A stretch of 62,358 nt of DNA, the filler included, from Nemertoderma westbladi (taxonomy: Eukaryota > Animalia > Xenacoelomorpha), in the NCBI GenBank assembly GCA_032718475.1. It is 3 parts of 3 records of this genome, joined end to end, with 100 filler letters (N's around TTAATTAATTAA, not from the genome) between each part and the next. Parts side by side here need not be neighbours in the genome. Positions count along the whole stretch, not along the records: positions 26,350 to 52,715 come from JAUCBJ010001207.1; positions 52,816 to 62,358 come from JAUCBJ010004645.1; 1 more part is not named here. One strand, given 5' to 3'. Positions within the stretch are counted from its first letter, which is position 1. The number at the start of each line of letters is the position of its first letter. Positions 49,895 through 62,358 of this stretch are shown here, in pieces. The translations under genes were made by a program, and so were the position numbers. Under the pieces are notes generated by a model that was not told the DNA's origin, searched no databases, and saw only the letters and a list, made by a program, of their open reading frames with translations.

Positions 49895-52360
49895 CGGTTA
49901 GTCCAGTTTGCCCGTAGCGCTGGCGCAGTAGCGATACCAAAAGTCGAGGTCGCCAACGACACTGCCACAGACAGAGGCGGTGGCCTTGATGGCGAGTTGT
50001 TTGAGTACCGGTACAATTCCAAAACGTTGCTGGGTATTGCAGTATTGGGCTGTTGGGGTACCTAGTGCCTAGTACAGTACTGGATACCGGAACATGCAAT
50101 AAAGGTCACCTGGTACAACCTGACAATATGTCAGTCTGTCTTAAGTCTGCATAATTTCAAAACTTCCATGGATGCATGGCTGCCATTGCCGAGCATGATT
50201 GGTGGGTGGCGCCAACGACCTGAAGACGGTACCGGTAACTCTGTACCACTGTAACAGTACCGGTACCGTACTGTAAAACATTTGTTTAATAAGATTAAGG
50301 TACCGTACCGTACCTGGTACATGATATGGCTGAATAGTCGCGATATCGCAATTCAGACATCACTCAGGCAATTGCAGGACTCCCTACCCTACAGCATGTA
50401 ACAATACTCAGATAATGCAGTAGCAGTACCACACTGATAGACTGACAACCAGCCTAGAAAGCTAAGCCTATCACATACAGCAACAGCAGTGAGCAGCACC
50501 GGTACTGAGTACAGGCATCTCAGGGTACCGGTGTCGTACTCTGAACTCTGCAATCTGAAATACTGGAATGGCTGAAAGTGAAATAGACCTACCACACTTC
50601 CCAAGGCCACATTATTGCTGCAATGTACCGGTATTGCTGAATTTCAAACCCACCTGATATATCCTCCAGTCTCCTAGCAACCAGCAGATGCCAAGCCTAA
50701 TAATTTTTGGTTAGATAAATTTATTATAACTGCAAGACAGTTACACAGATGCTGCACGACGACCCCACGCAAATTCAACTTTGAAAGTTTCTAAACTTTT
50801 GCCAGACTACATGTACCAAGTTTGGATATATTTTATCGAGATTTGGCTGAGTTATTTACGTTTAAAATTTGACACAACAGATCAACAGAGCAACAGAACA
50901 ACAAATCAACAGAACAACACGTTCGTGGGGACTTCGCGCAGCACGAGGCTCAGTTGTGAGACACAAATTAATTGATGCGTTCAATAGCGAAGCCAGGTGT
51001 TTTATAGGAATATAGTCAATGCAGTACTCATCTTCATTATAATCATCGTTGTGCTCGTCCTGGTTTGTATTTAAATATATTTTCTAAACGCAGACTTGCG
51101 ATCTTTATAACTATCGATGCGTTCAATATGCGAAGCCAGGCAGTACTCGTCTTCATTACTGCCAGCCGGAAACTCGGAGCAATAGGCCTACTGCTTGTAC
51201 AATGCGTGTCAATTTCAACACCGCCAGGCACTGGGTGATGGCAGAGTGAGATTAAAAAGCCGAATTATTTCATTCTAGGTTATGGTTAGTCCAGTTTGCC
51301 CGTAGCGGCAGCGATACCGAAAGTCGAGGTAACAGACAGAGGCAGCCTTGGTTGTGAGTTGTTTGATTTCAATTCCAACACTTTTCTGGGCAGCTGGGTA
51401 GACTCTGGTGGTAGTGGGTACCTGAACTAACAATGCCAGTCAGCTGGTTAGTCCACATAACTTCCATGGTTGCAGTTGCCGAGTCCAGAGTCAATGGATG
51501 GTTTGTAGTGGTAGGCCTATTGCTATTGTTGTATTGGCATATTGGTATGTACTGGTACATCTACATCTGATTATACCAGTACCAGTTGCTGGTGCCATCG
51601 TAGTATACATGGCCGGTGGTGCCGTCGTATACCGGTACATAGTCTTTAATTAACATATTAATCCATTAACAAGAGCAGAAACCGTAAACGAAGAAATTAA
51701 TTTTCTTTCATCGCTGACAGGAGCGTAGAAATGCGGTATAGCGCTGTCGTAGTTCAGTACCGTACCGATAGTTCTGTAGTTGGCAGTTGCTACCAGTCCG
51801 GTTCTACAGTCTGACAGTAGTAGGAATAGGAAGGTTGGGTGGTATGGCGGACGGCGCCAACGGCAGAATGGACCCTCTAAACTAATTCAGGACCACAGTC
51901 CAGCAGTCCGCACTGCAGTGCATGGCTAATTAGGGCCTACAGAATTTGGCATGTCCTGTACCAGTATACGTGATCTATAATCACTGCCAGTACCAGTCAG
52001 CCAGTACCTTAAAACAAGGAACACAGTATGGTATTGCAGTATTATCTGATTGCAGGATTTCTGGATTCAGGATTGAGTATAGTACCGGTACAGGCAGACA
52101 GGCCACAATGGTATTACTGTAATTTCGTCATTTTCCAGAAACCCAGCTGATTTAGTCTCCTAGCAACCCGCTGATGTCAAGCGTTGTAATTTTGGATAAA
52201 TAAATTTATTATAACTGTAAGACAGTTACACTGGTGCTGCACGTAAGCCCCCAAGCAAATTCAACTTGGAAAATTTCTAAACTTTTGACAGACTATTTGT
52301 CTACCAAGTTTGGTTACATTTCATCGAGGATTGATCGAGTTATTAACGTTCAAAATTGAA
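49895..52360. repeat. Two diverged direct copies of a roughly 1-kb dispersed repeat (about 49895-50880 and 51283-52350)
   Basis: Shared GGTTAGTCCAGTTTGCCCGTAGCG, GTCTCCTAGCAAC, TAAATTTATTATAACTG, GCAAATTCAACTT. Confidence 0.75.
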
Positions 52361-52715
52361 CACGGCAAAAATAGCGACAATTCAACAGAACGACAGGTTG
52401 ATTAATGGTACCCCTACGATAAGGCTCACTCACTTCGTGGCTCGCCCCACAGAGCAACAGACATACCGATTGAGTTAGTGGTACCTGTATGCTAAGCTCG
52501 CTTACTTTCGTTGCTCGCCCCACACATAACCTATACATACATACACTTTTCTAAGATTAAGTTTATGTCACACAACTACAGTTCGAGTTAGAGCAGAATG
52601 CCTCCTGCTAACTATAGCAGGAGCACTTTTGAGGAAGGTACATCGTGCAGCTGTGTTAACCCTATTAGTACCGGGCTGTAAAATGTTGTACAAATACCGG
52701 GGGCCATATTGACCC

Positions 52716-52815
52716 NNNNNNNNNNNNNNNNNNNNNNNNNNNNNNNNNNNNNNNNNNNNTTAATTAATTAANNNNNNNNNNNNNNNNNNNNNNNNNNNNN
52801 NNNNNNNNNNNNNNN
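52716..52815. other. Artificial contig linker
   Basis: 44 N + TTAATTAATTAA + 44 N. Confidence 0.97.
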
Positions 52816-53350
52816 AGTAGCTAACCATGACCATACAGATACAACAACTTAACGGTTTGTTCATTTATAAGGTTCAGGATATGGAGTAGACAGTAGGCTA
52901 CAATAAATATAATGACAGTTGTTGTTATTATTATAATGTTATTTATATAAATAATTATAAATAATATTAGTGCTTCAATTTCTACTCTATATGTGTAGAT
53001 TGATCAATTTTTAGTTACAAATATAATATACAGTATATATAGACATAACATAACATAATTTATAATACGTACAATTTTAAATTTCTTATTGTTTAACATT
53101 AAATAATATTACTTAGTTCATGTTACGTGCATGAAGTAATTCGTTATTTTTTGTTTTGTTTCGTTAACTGCGAATTAAATAGTCCATTGCAAGAAGATAA
53201 CTCTTGGTATACATCACAATATCGTGGTACACACACATAATACATCACAATATGGTCTCAGTTTGATATATCGGTAATATTGAGTCGTGTGCATCTTTAG
53301 CATAAAACTTTGATATTGATTACTTGCCTTGTTTGTCTTACATTTATTAT

Positions 53351-53541
53351 ATGGCAACAATTGGACCCAATTTAATTGAAGATCATAGCAGCCCATGGGA
53401 ACCATGGAAGGCTGCTGGGGACTCAGTTGGAGAAGAGACGTCTATTCGCTCTGGTTGGCTAAAGAAGCAGTCAGCCTTCACCAAGTCCTGGAATAGAAGA
53501 TGGTTTACTATAAAAGGAAAGCACCTTCAATATTATTCCAG
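53351..53541 (+). CDS. ARHGAP24: PH-RhoGAP (ARHGAP22/24/25 family), coding exon A, start of PH domain
   Basis: IRSGWLKKQSAFTKSWNRRWFTIKGKHLQYY; donor AG|GTTAG, phase 2; symbol is a family-level call and the start codon is uncertain. Confidence 0.85.
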
Positions 53542-53699
53542 GTTAGATATTGGGTATTTGTTCGAGATCGTGTTTTATTCGTAAAAATCCTACTGTACCT
53601 ATTTGAATGGTAGTCCAGGTTGTAGGTGAGGTTAGTACTGTATACCAAAATATATTTTGACCTGTAATTCATCTAGGGTTTTGATAGTGTGGCAAATTG

Positions 53700-55160
53700 A
53701 GATTTCAGGTCAAAATGTCGAAAGAGTCAAATTGTCGAACAGGTCAAAATGTCGAATGAGACAAGTTGTCGAACAGCCATGTCAAATTATCGAAAAAGCT
53801 TTCGACACAGACATGCCAAATTGTCGAAAGAGACATGCCAAATTGTCGAAAGAATTAATTAATAAATGAATGTTGTAGACTAAAGGAAAGAAAGAAAGAA
53901 AGGTTTGATTCTCTTTAGAGCAGCAGTATTCGTATATGGGAGTCTATGCTGGCTTCTAACTGCATAGACCAAATCTCTGGATGGCACTTTCACAAGAATG
54001 ATGCGCCGGGTTCATTGTGTCAAGTACAATGAACACATCTCCAATCAGACACTATACAACATTGGAGGAAAAATCCATTAGTCTTCCTTAGCTTGACACT
54101 TGACCTAAACCGCCTCCGCTTTGCAGGACATTGATTTCGCCGTGACGACCAGCCAGTGCATAATATTGTGCTTTGGCGAATAAATAAACATGGTGGACAG
54201 CTCATGCCTTTCTTGTGACGCCTGTTAAAGGCGTATCTAAACACCGGCCTTGAAGATGCGGATGATCTAGCAAATGTCATGGGTGGTAGGGAGATGTGAC
54301 AGCGCAATTTTGTTGACAAGCCGGCACAGCATTATTAATATATATGTAATAAATAATAATGCAGTTTCATTGCAGCATGCTGATAGTAGAAGTAGTAATT
54401 ATAAAAATAATGGTAATATTACAGTGTTTCTAATATAAGAGCTTTGCTTTATTGGACCCTTAGACCCACTAATAAGTCATTTAATGGGACAGACTGTATC
54501 TGATAAAACCCCACATGCTAAAGATAACCCCCCTTAATTATTGTATGTTCTAACCTAACTATTGGGTTTCACAATCTGGGAAAACAACAGATATCAAATT
54601 AAATGGTCTAAAATGCGATCTACCTCTAAAAATATGTACCCAAACATATTATACGCTATTGTAGATTATATTTAGTCAAAAATTAGATCGCATTACTCAA
54701 GATTTCTTAAAATATTCAGTTTTTTTCGTTTTTCTCAATACTACAAAAATCGACTTAGGGGGTTTTGTCGAATTACCGACGAGATGTACATGCGTTGTTT
54801 GATGGTCATTGGACTGGTACCCCAGGCTTTAGAGGAGTAATGCCCAATGGTCAGCTAGTCAAGATAACTCTTACTGTATAGGCCTATATTGCCCATTGCT
54901 ATTGAGATATTATACACAATTCGTTAGCCATATCAATTATCAGGTTTCCAATTTCTCAGGTTCAACAATTTAGTATCAAAATTCAAAAGTATCTAAAAAA
55001 GGATAAGCGCCATATTGTCGAAAGGGGTGCGTCATATTGTCGAAAAAAAATTCGACATTTTGACATGCACAAAAACTTTTTCGACAATTTGACTCTACTT
55101 TTCGACAATTTGTCTCTTTCGACATTTTGGCTCTTTCGACATTTTGACCATAAGCCGCAA
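53700..55160. repeat. Inverted pair of TGTCGAA-rich arrays (about 53705-53850 and 55015-55150)
   Basis: Repeated AAA(A/T)TGTCGAA on + and TTCGACA(A/T)TTT downstream; resembles transposon subterminal repeats. Confidence 0.6.
53975..54398 (+). mobile_element. RTE-type LINE 3' fragment in intron
   Basis: Reverse-complement match to 41320-41725; AGTAG tail. Confidence 0.85.
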
Positions 55161-55451
55161 ATTGACCGCAAGTGAAAAAAAGGTGACCTCCAGCACAAAT
55201 TGACAAGTGAAATAAAGTTTCGTTTGTGGCTTTTGTTTTAACTTTCCAGTTTTCAGCTCTATTGAGCTTGTTGATATAATCCATGTCCTGAATGACAGTG
55301 TCTTTATTTTGGTACATGACCTGCCCCACCCCAAACTATTTACAATATCTGAAATTTTAACCTTTTATAGCGATTGGTTGGTACCATTTGAAAGCTGCCA
55401 TTCAAGGATTCCAACTACTGTATGCAACAAACGAATTTCGTTGCGAGAACA

Positions 55452-58400
55452 AGGGCGGAGATAGGGCATGGGCGGAGATAGGGCGTGAGCGGAGATAGGG
55501 CGTGGGCGGAGATATGGCGTGGGCGGAGATAGGGCGTGGGCGGAGTTAGGGCGTGGGCGGAGATAGGGCGTGGGCGGGCATGGGCGGAGATAGGGCGTGG
55601 GCGGAGATAGGGCTTGGGCGGGCATGGGCGGAGATAGGGCGTGGGCGGGCATGGGCGGAGATAGGGCGTGTGCGGGCATGGGCGGAGATAGGGCGTGGGC
55701 GGAGATAGGGCGTGGGCGGGCATGGGCGGAGATAGGGCGTGGGCGGATATAGGCGGAGATAGGGCGTGGGCGGAGATAGGGCGTGGGCGGGCATGGGCGG
55801 AGATAGGGCGTGGGCGGAGATAGGGCGTGGGCGGGCATGGGCAGAGATAGGGCGTGGGCGGAGATAGGACGTGGGCGGAGATATGGCGTGGGCGGGCATG
55901 GGTGGAGATAAGGGCGTGGTCGGAGATAGGGCGTGGGCGGAGATAGGGCGTGGGCGGAGATAGGGCGTGGGCGGAGATAGGGCGTCGTGGGCGGAGATAG
56001 GGCGTCGTGGGCGGAGGGCGTGGGCGGAGATAGGGCGTGGGCGGAGATAGGGCGTGGCCGGAGATAGGGCGTGGGCGGAGATAGGGCGTGGGCGGAGATA
56101 GGGCGTGGGCGGAGATAGGGCGTCGTGGGCGGAGATAGGGCGTCGTGGGCGGAGATAGGGCGTGGGCGGGCATGGGCGGAGATAGGGCATGGGCGGAGAT
56201 AGGGCATGGGCGGAGATAGGGCGTGGGCGAAGATAGGGCGTGGGCGGGTATGGGCGGAGATAGGGCGTGGGCGGAGATAGGGCGTGGGCGGAGATAGGGC
56301 GTGGGCGGGCATGGGCGGAGATAGGGCGTGGGCGGGCATGGGCGGATATAGGGCGTGGGCTGATATAGGCGGAGATATGGCGTGGGCGGAGATAGGGCGT
56401 GGGCGGGCATGGGCTGAGATAGGGCGTGGGCGGAGAAAGGCGGAGATAGGGCGTGGGCGGGCATGGGCGGAGATAGGGCGTGGGCGGGCATGGGCGGAGA
56501 TAGGGCGTGGGCGGGCATGGGCGGAGATAGGGCGTGGACGGACATGGGCGGAGATAGGGCGTGGACGGACATGGGCGGAGATAGGGCGTGGGCGGGCATG
56601 GGCGGAGATAGGGCGTGGGCGGGCATGGGCGGAGATAGGGCGTGGGCGGAGATATGGCGTGGGCGGAGATAGGGCGTGGGCGGAGATAGGGCGTGGGTGG
56701 AGATAGGGCGTGGGCGGGCATGGGCGGAGATAGGGCGTGGGCAGAGATAGGGCGTGGGCGGAGATAGGGCGTGGGTGGAGATAGGGCGTGGGCGGGCATG
56801 GGCGGAGATATGGCGTGGGCGGAGATAGGGCGTGGGCGGGGCTGTGCGGAGATAGGGCGTGGGCGGGATGGGCGGAGATAGGGCGTGGGCGGAAATAGGG
56901 CGTGGGTGGAGATAGGGCGTGGGCGGGCATGGGCGGAGATAGGGCGTGGGCGGACATGGGCGGAGATAGGGCGTGGGCGGAGATAGGGCGTGGGCGGAGA
57001 TAGGGCGTGGGCGGAGATAGGGCGTGGGCGGGCATGGGCGGATATAGGGCGTGGGCGGAGATAGGGCGTGGGCGGGCATGGGCGGAGATAGGGCGTGGGC
57101 GGAGATAGGGCGTGGGCGGAGATAGGGCGTGGGCGGAGATAGGGCGTGGGTGGAGATAGGGCGTGGGCGGGCATGGGCGGAGATAGGGCGTGGGCGGAGA
57201 TATGGCGTGGGCGGAGATAGGGCGTGGGCGGAGATAGGGCGTGGGTGGAGATAGGGCGTGGGCGGGCATGGGCGGAGATAGGGCGTGGGCAGAGATAGGG
57301 CGTGGGCGGAGATAGGGCGTGGGTGGAGATAGGGCGTGGGCGGGCATGGGCGGAGATATGGCGTGGGCGGAGATAGGGCGTGGGTGGAGATAGGGCGTGG
57401 GCGGGCATGGGCGGAGATATGGCGTGGGCGGAGATAGGGCGTGGGCGGGGCTGTGCGGAGATAGGGCGTGGGCGGGATGGGCGGAGATAGGGCGTGGGCG
57501 GAAATAGGGCGTGGGTGGAGATAGGGCGTGGGCGGGCATGGGCGGAGATAGGGCGTGGGCGGACATGGGCGGAGATAGGGCGTGGGCGGAGATAGGGCGT
57601 GGGCGGAGATAGGGCGTGGGCGGGCATGGGCGGATATAGGGCGTGGGCGGAGATAGGGCGTGGGCGGGCATGGGCGGAGATAGGGCGTGGGCGGAGATAG
57701 GGCGTGGGCGGAGATAGGGCGTGGGCGGAGATAGGGCGTGGGTGGAGATAGGGCGTGGGCGGGCATGGGCGGAGATAGGGCGTGGGCGGAGATATGGCGT
57801 GGGCGGAGATAGGGCGTGGGCGGAGATAGGGCGTGGGTGGAGATAGGGCGTGGGCGGGCATGGGCGGAGATAGGGCGTGGGCAGAGATAGGGCGTGGGCG
57901 GAGATAGGGCGTGGGTGGAGATAGGGCGTGGGCGGGCATGGGCGGAGATATGGCGTGGGCGGAGATAGGGCGTGGGCGGGGCTGTGCGGAGATAGGGCGT
58001 GGGCGGGATGGGCGGAGATAGGGCGTGGGCGGAAATAGGGCGTGGGTGGAGATAGGGCGTGGGCGGGCATGGGCGGAGATATGGCGTGGGCGGAGATAGG
58101 GCGTGGGCGGGGCTGTGCGGAGATAGGGCGTGGGCGGGATGGGCGGAGATAGGGCGTGGGCGGAAATAGGGCGTGGGTGGAGATAGGGCGTGGGCGGGCA
58201 TGGGCGGAGATAGGGCGTGGGCGGACATGGGCGGAGATAGGGCGTGGGCGGAGATAGGGCGTGGGCGGGCATGGGCGGATATAGGGCGTGGGCGGAGATA
58301 GGGCGTGGGCGGGCATGGGCGGAGATAGGGCGTGGGCGGGCATGGGCGGAGATAGGGCGTGGGCGGAGATAGGGCGTGGGCGGGCATGGGCGGAGATAGG

Positions 58401-58936
58401 GCGTGGGCGGAGATAGGGCGTGGGCGGGTATGGGCGGAGATAGGGCGTGTTCGGAGATAGGGCGTGGGCGGGCATGGGCGGAGATAGGACGTGGGCGGGC
58501 ATGGGCGTAGATAGGGCGTGGGCGGAGATAGGGCGTGGGCGGAGATAGGGCGTGGGCGGACATGGGCGGAGATAGGGTGTGGGTGGAGATAGGGCGTGGG
58601 CGGGCGTGGGCGGAGATAGCGCGTTGGCGGGCGTGGGCGGAGATAGGGCGTGGGCGGACATGGGCGGAGATAGGGCGTGGGCGGACATGGGCGGAGATAG
58701 GACGTGGGCGGAGATAGGGCGTGGGCAGAGATAGGGCGTGGGCGGAGATAGGGCGTGGGCGGAGATAGGGCGTGGGCGGGCATGGGCGGAGATAGGACGT
58801 GGGCGGAGATAGGGCGTGGGCGGAGATAGGGCGTGGGCGGAGATATGGCGTTGGCGGACATGGGCGTGGGCGGGCGTGGGCGGAGATAGGGCGTGGGCGG
58901 AGATAGGGCGTGGGCGGAGATAGGGCGTGGGCGGAC
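55452..58936. repeat. 3.5-kb G-rich satellite (17-bp GGGCGGAGATAGGGCGT plus 10-bp GGGCGGGCAT subunits)
   Basis: Directly visible array; variant blocks recur. Confidence 0.98.
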
Positions 58937-59200
58937 ATCGACGCAAAAAACAGCTGGTTTCTCCCGAATAGAAAACTATGCAACCTGTTTTATTGACTTT
59001 AGTTTATTGTTTGGTTAGAATAACGTGCCACTGTAACCTGCTCCTTTCTTAAAGTGATAATTTAACGTTAAGGCGAAATATGAAAGTATCTTTCCAGGAC
59101 ATGGTGAAGATAGACAAATAATTAATTAATCATATACGGTAGGGCTCCCAGTAATTATTGATGGGCCTATTATAGGGCCAACAACATGTTTATCTTTTAG

Positions 59201-59313
59201 AGATGAGAATGGCAAATTGCACGGATTGATATACCTTCTCGGTTCCTCTGTAAACGAATGCACCCAGCGCAACTCCGATGAACAGGGAAAATTCTACTTT
59301 GAAATCATTCCAG
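59201..59313 (+). CDS. ARHGAP24: PH-RhoGAP exon B (not in the ORF track)
   Basis: ttttag| R-DENGKLHGLIYLLGSSVNECTQRNSDEQGKFYFEIIP-G |gtaaa; phases 2 and 1 fit both neighbouring exons. Confidence 0.9.
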
Positions 59314-59560
59314 GTAAAAAAAATGCTGTTTTGTTTATTCGGTATTAGAGGTTAGAGAACTACTGTATTACCCGTGCCCAATATCTGCAGTGAATAACAA
59401 TTAAATTGTTAGTAACGCCACTTATATAACGCCTGCCCAAATTAGATGATTTCACACCAAAAAAAAAATTATTTAGCACCAAATATATTTTTTGTAGCAC
59501 CAATTTACATCCCCCCAATTTTGAATGAGAGTCTGTTAATTTTGATATAATATTTTATCA

Positions 59561-59670
59561 TTTTGGGGGAATTATGTATATATTTTGGGGGATTACGTAT
59601 TTATTTTGTGGGATTATGTATTTATTTTGGGGGGATTATGTATTTATTTTGAGAAAATTTGTATTTATTT
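59561..59670. repeat. Short tandem repeat, about 21-bp units
   Basis: TTTTGGGGGATTATGTATTTA-like units, about 4-5 copies. Confidence 0.75.
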
Positions 59671-59680
59671 TGGTGTGAAT

Positions 59681-60190
59681 TGTTATAGCTTTTGCGGCAA
59701 AAATGTGTCGTTTTTGTGCAATGCGCGAACTACTCTAAAAGCTGGCATTATCTGGAGGGATTGAAGAACGTATAAACTCACGCCCTTTAGCGTTTATTTT
59801 GGTACAGAGCTATAATGACGAAATCACCAACCATAGGCCAGCGTTTCTCTTTGTCCCGTATGTTCTATGTTAATTCTCGGCCAATGAGCACGATTTTCAC
59901 TTTACGGTTTGTCAAGGCCTTGTTTACATATGAATATGCCGCAGTGCGACAAAATCATTCTTCAGTATTTAGCCCAGAACCATCAGCGGCCAGTATTAAG
60001 CGCAAATCAATTAACTCTCCACTTACTGCGGTACTCTGGTACTGACTCAGACTGTCGTAACGGAAAACATCAAACGGAAACGAATATTTGATAATTCCCA
60101 TAACTTTCTTTATTATTGAGGTAAGCAGAAGGGAACATTAGACTCAAATTACAGTGGTCTGTATGAATTTTACGCTATTCCATAACCCCA
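59681..60190 (+). repeat. Diverged partial LTR related to family A, in intron
   Basis: TGTTATAGCTTTTGCGG start; GAGGTAAGCAGAAGGG..GACTCAAATTACAGTGG matches 4332-4375. Confidence 0.7.
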
Positions 60191-60562
60191 ACGTAAGCGA
60201 GTGGAAAAATGTAGTGAAAAAAGTACTATTATTATTATTTTATGTCTTCAGATTCAGAAGTATACATACAGTATATGTAGATGTAGTATTATAGCTCAAT
60301 AAGATTGCGATATAGGTAATTAATTATGCACTAAAATAACAGAGACTGCTTTTTCTCCCGATTTTTCGGTAAATTCGAGCGAAAAAGTGTACAATTTAAG
60401 AATAAAGATAACTATTATACTTTCAATTCTATTTTTATTTTTGGTTGAATTGTTATTATTGTAACGATAATCACTAAAATTTAAACAAGACTTGAGTGAA
60501 TCGAACCCGCGTTCCCCAATAAACTTTAAGATAAATTATTGTCTGATATAATTTATATTTAG

Positions 60563-61110
60563 GTATGTATCAACGGGCCCAACCAGGTAGCCAAGAGGTT
60601 TACATCCTCTGTGCGGAAACTCACCACGAGATGGAGCAATGGTTGTCGGCATTACGTCGCGTCATACACAGCCAATCAGGGGGCGGCATATTCGGCCAAC
60701 CACTCTTCATAACCTTTGAGTACGACAGAGCCCGGGGCCACACTCAGACACTGGTTCCCGCCATAGTAGAAAACTCCGCGCGCTTCATATCCCAGCATGG
60801 TATACTGGAAGAAGGACTCTTCAGGTTACCAGGGAAGCAGACGTTAATTAAGGAACTGCGACAGGCGTACGATTGCGGCGTCAAGGTGGAGTTTGTTGTG
60901 AGTAAACACGACGTTCACTCTGTTGCCTCCGTGTTGAAACTCTTTCTGAGAGAACTACCGGAGCCACTGATACCCTACCAGCACTACGATACGTTGCTAG
61001 GCACCACCAAAATAATCACTGAGTTCCACAATCTGTCGGCGCAACGTAATTCAACCGAAATCGGCACTGAACCCCTTCAGTTTGAGGAAGTAGAACAGCA
61101 CGCCCATAAA
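60563..61110 (+). CDS. ARHGAP24: PH-RhoGAP exon C: end of PH domain and RhoGAP domain
   Basis: EMEQWLSALRRVI, GGGIFGQPL, EEGLFRLPG (arginine finger), DVHSVASVLKLFLRELPEPLIP; acceptor tttag| at 60562; 3' donor uncertain. Confidence 0.93.
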
Positions 61111-61211
61111 GTTGGTATATTTTATCTATTACAGTATATTGACGGCTGACTATAATTAATAAAAATCAGCGGCCAATACAATGGCATCTGTCTTGAAATT
61201 CATACTCCATA

Positions 61212-61285
61212 AGAAGCTGTGGCCTAGTGGTTCTTGTCTCGGCTTCCACCTCGAGGTCCCTCGAGGTCCCACAGGTTCGATTCCA
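61212..61285 (+). mobile_element. tRNA-derived SINE head
   Basis: A box TGGCCTAGTGG, B box GGTTCGATTCC, 10-bp internal duplication TCGAGGTCCC; no proper cloverleaf. Confidence 0.6.
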
Positions 61286-61682
61286 AAACAACGCTGATTC
61301 GAGATTAGATGAGATGATGAGAGTTCGAGATGAGGATATGTAAACTAAATTTGTAAACTACCCGTTTAAAAAGTACCGGTATTTATTATATTATGTTATT
61401 TGTGAAGACACCACTGATGCCCTCCTCCTCCGTGGGTGAGCCAGAATTTTTATTTTCGCTTTCAATCTTTGGCTACAAGCGTTTGAAAAAAGTGTCTCCG
61501 TCGATATTGCACCAGTTACACCGCAGTCATTCTTCTACCTTATAGTGATTTGTTGGTTGGTACTGTTAGAAAGCTGTCCTTTAGCAAGGATTCCAAATAT
61601 GTAAAAATATTTGAATTTGGTTGGGAAATAGCTGAGATATCGACATTCGAATGTTGCATGTATTTACTTGCGCTGCTGGCCA

Positions 61683-61839
61683 TTTATTCTATTTAATAAA
61701 TGCATAACATTCTGGAACATTTTGTTTATCTCATAAGTAGCTTGGCAACAATGTAATGCTATATTATAATACTAGTATATGGTTATTCCTACCTAATCAA
61801 AATGTTCTAGAACATTGTGTATTTATTTAATAGAATAAA
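61683..61839. mobile_element. Small fold-back MITE-like element
   Basis: About 42-bp imperfect inverted arms TTTATTCTATTTAATAAAT..CATTTTG / CAAAATG..AATAGAATAAA. Confidence 0.6.
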
Positions 61840-61913
61840 CACTATATCATCAATAATTTAAAATTGTATTTTTAAATTTTGTTGCAAACTTGTTTTCGTT
61901 TGGTTGGGTCTGT

Positions 61914-61950
<37 letters not shown>

Positions 61951-62358
61951 GTTGGCAGTGCCGAAGCTTGGCACATCTTATAAATATTATATAATAAATA
62001 TTGCAGCTAGTATTAACTTAGGTATACTGATTGATGTTGTGGTTCTAAGAAGAAAATGTTTTCATTTGGTACCATTTTTGTTGTTGCTCGTCACTCATCA
62101 ATAAGCCCATAAGGCTATATGTACCCCGCATGTGGAGCGTTCGTGTATTCAGTCATTGGATGGCCTTGTTAGCAAAAATGTAACTGTAACATGTTCTAGT
62201 AACACTCGTTTATCGTACTCGTTACGTAACCTGCTACTTTTAATTAATAAATTAAATTATTAGTTCTTAAACATATATTTAAAAGCAGCCAATGCTGACA
62301 TAATGGTGATGTAAATAATCGACAGGTTTTCGACGGAACTAAATTTCACTAGTGTTCT

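Noticed and set aside
55365-58983. Three ORFs over 1100 aa, Pro/His/Arg-rich, on the minus strand
   Set aside because: The C-rich satellite strand lacks stop codons; all three frames give the same peptide repeats; it is intronic and antisense to a real gene
61212-61285. tRNA gene
   Set aside because: A and B boxes are present, but there is no acceptor or anticodon stem and there is an internal duplication; better read as a SINE head

Overview
Repeat-dense animal (invertebrate-type) nuclear DNA, not prokaryotic. The window is three contigs joined by artificial 100-bp N/TTAATTAATTAA linkers (26250-26349, 52716-52815), so adjacency across the linkers carries no information. Contig 1 is a nest of decayed BEL/Pao LTR retrotransposons of two LTR families (A and B) plus LINE fragments. 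Contig 2 holds a Penelope-like element with hammerhead-type pseudo-LTRs, a Mutator-like MITE carrying a 68-bp satellite, an intronless type II membrane fibrinogen-domain gene, LINE/CRE/RTE fragments and a solo LTR with a 5-bp TSD. Contig 3 holds three exons of an ARHGAP22/24/25-like PH-RhoGAP gene with a 3.5-kb G-rich satellite in intron 1. The most novel-looking signal: both LTR families carry a homologous, unannotated triple Cys/His zinc-knuckle ORF in the 3' (env-like) position, in elements where no RT, RNase H or integrase core is visible. Family B also has hairpins with compensatory base changes on both sides of the polypurine tract. All alignments and folds were done by eye.
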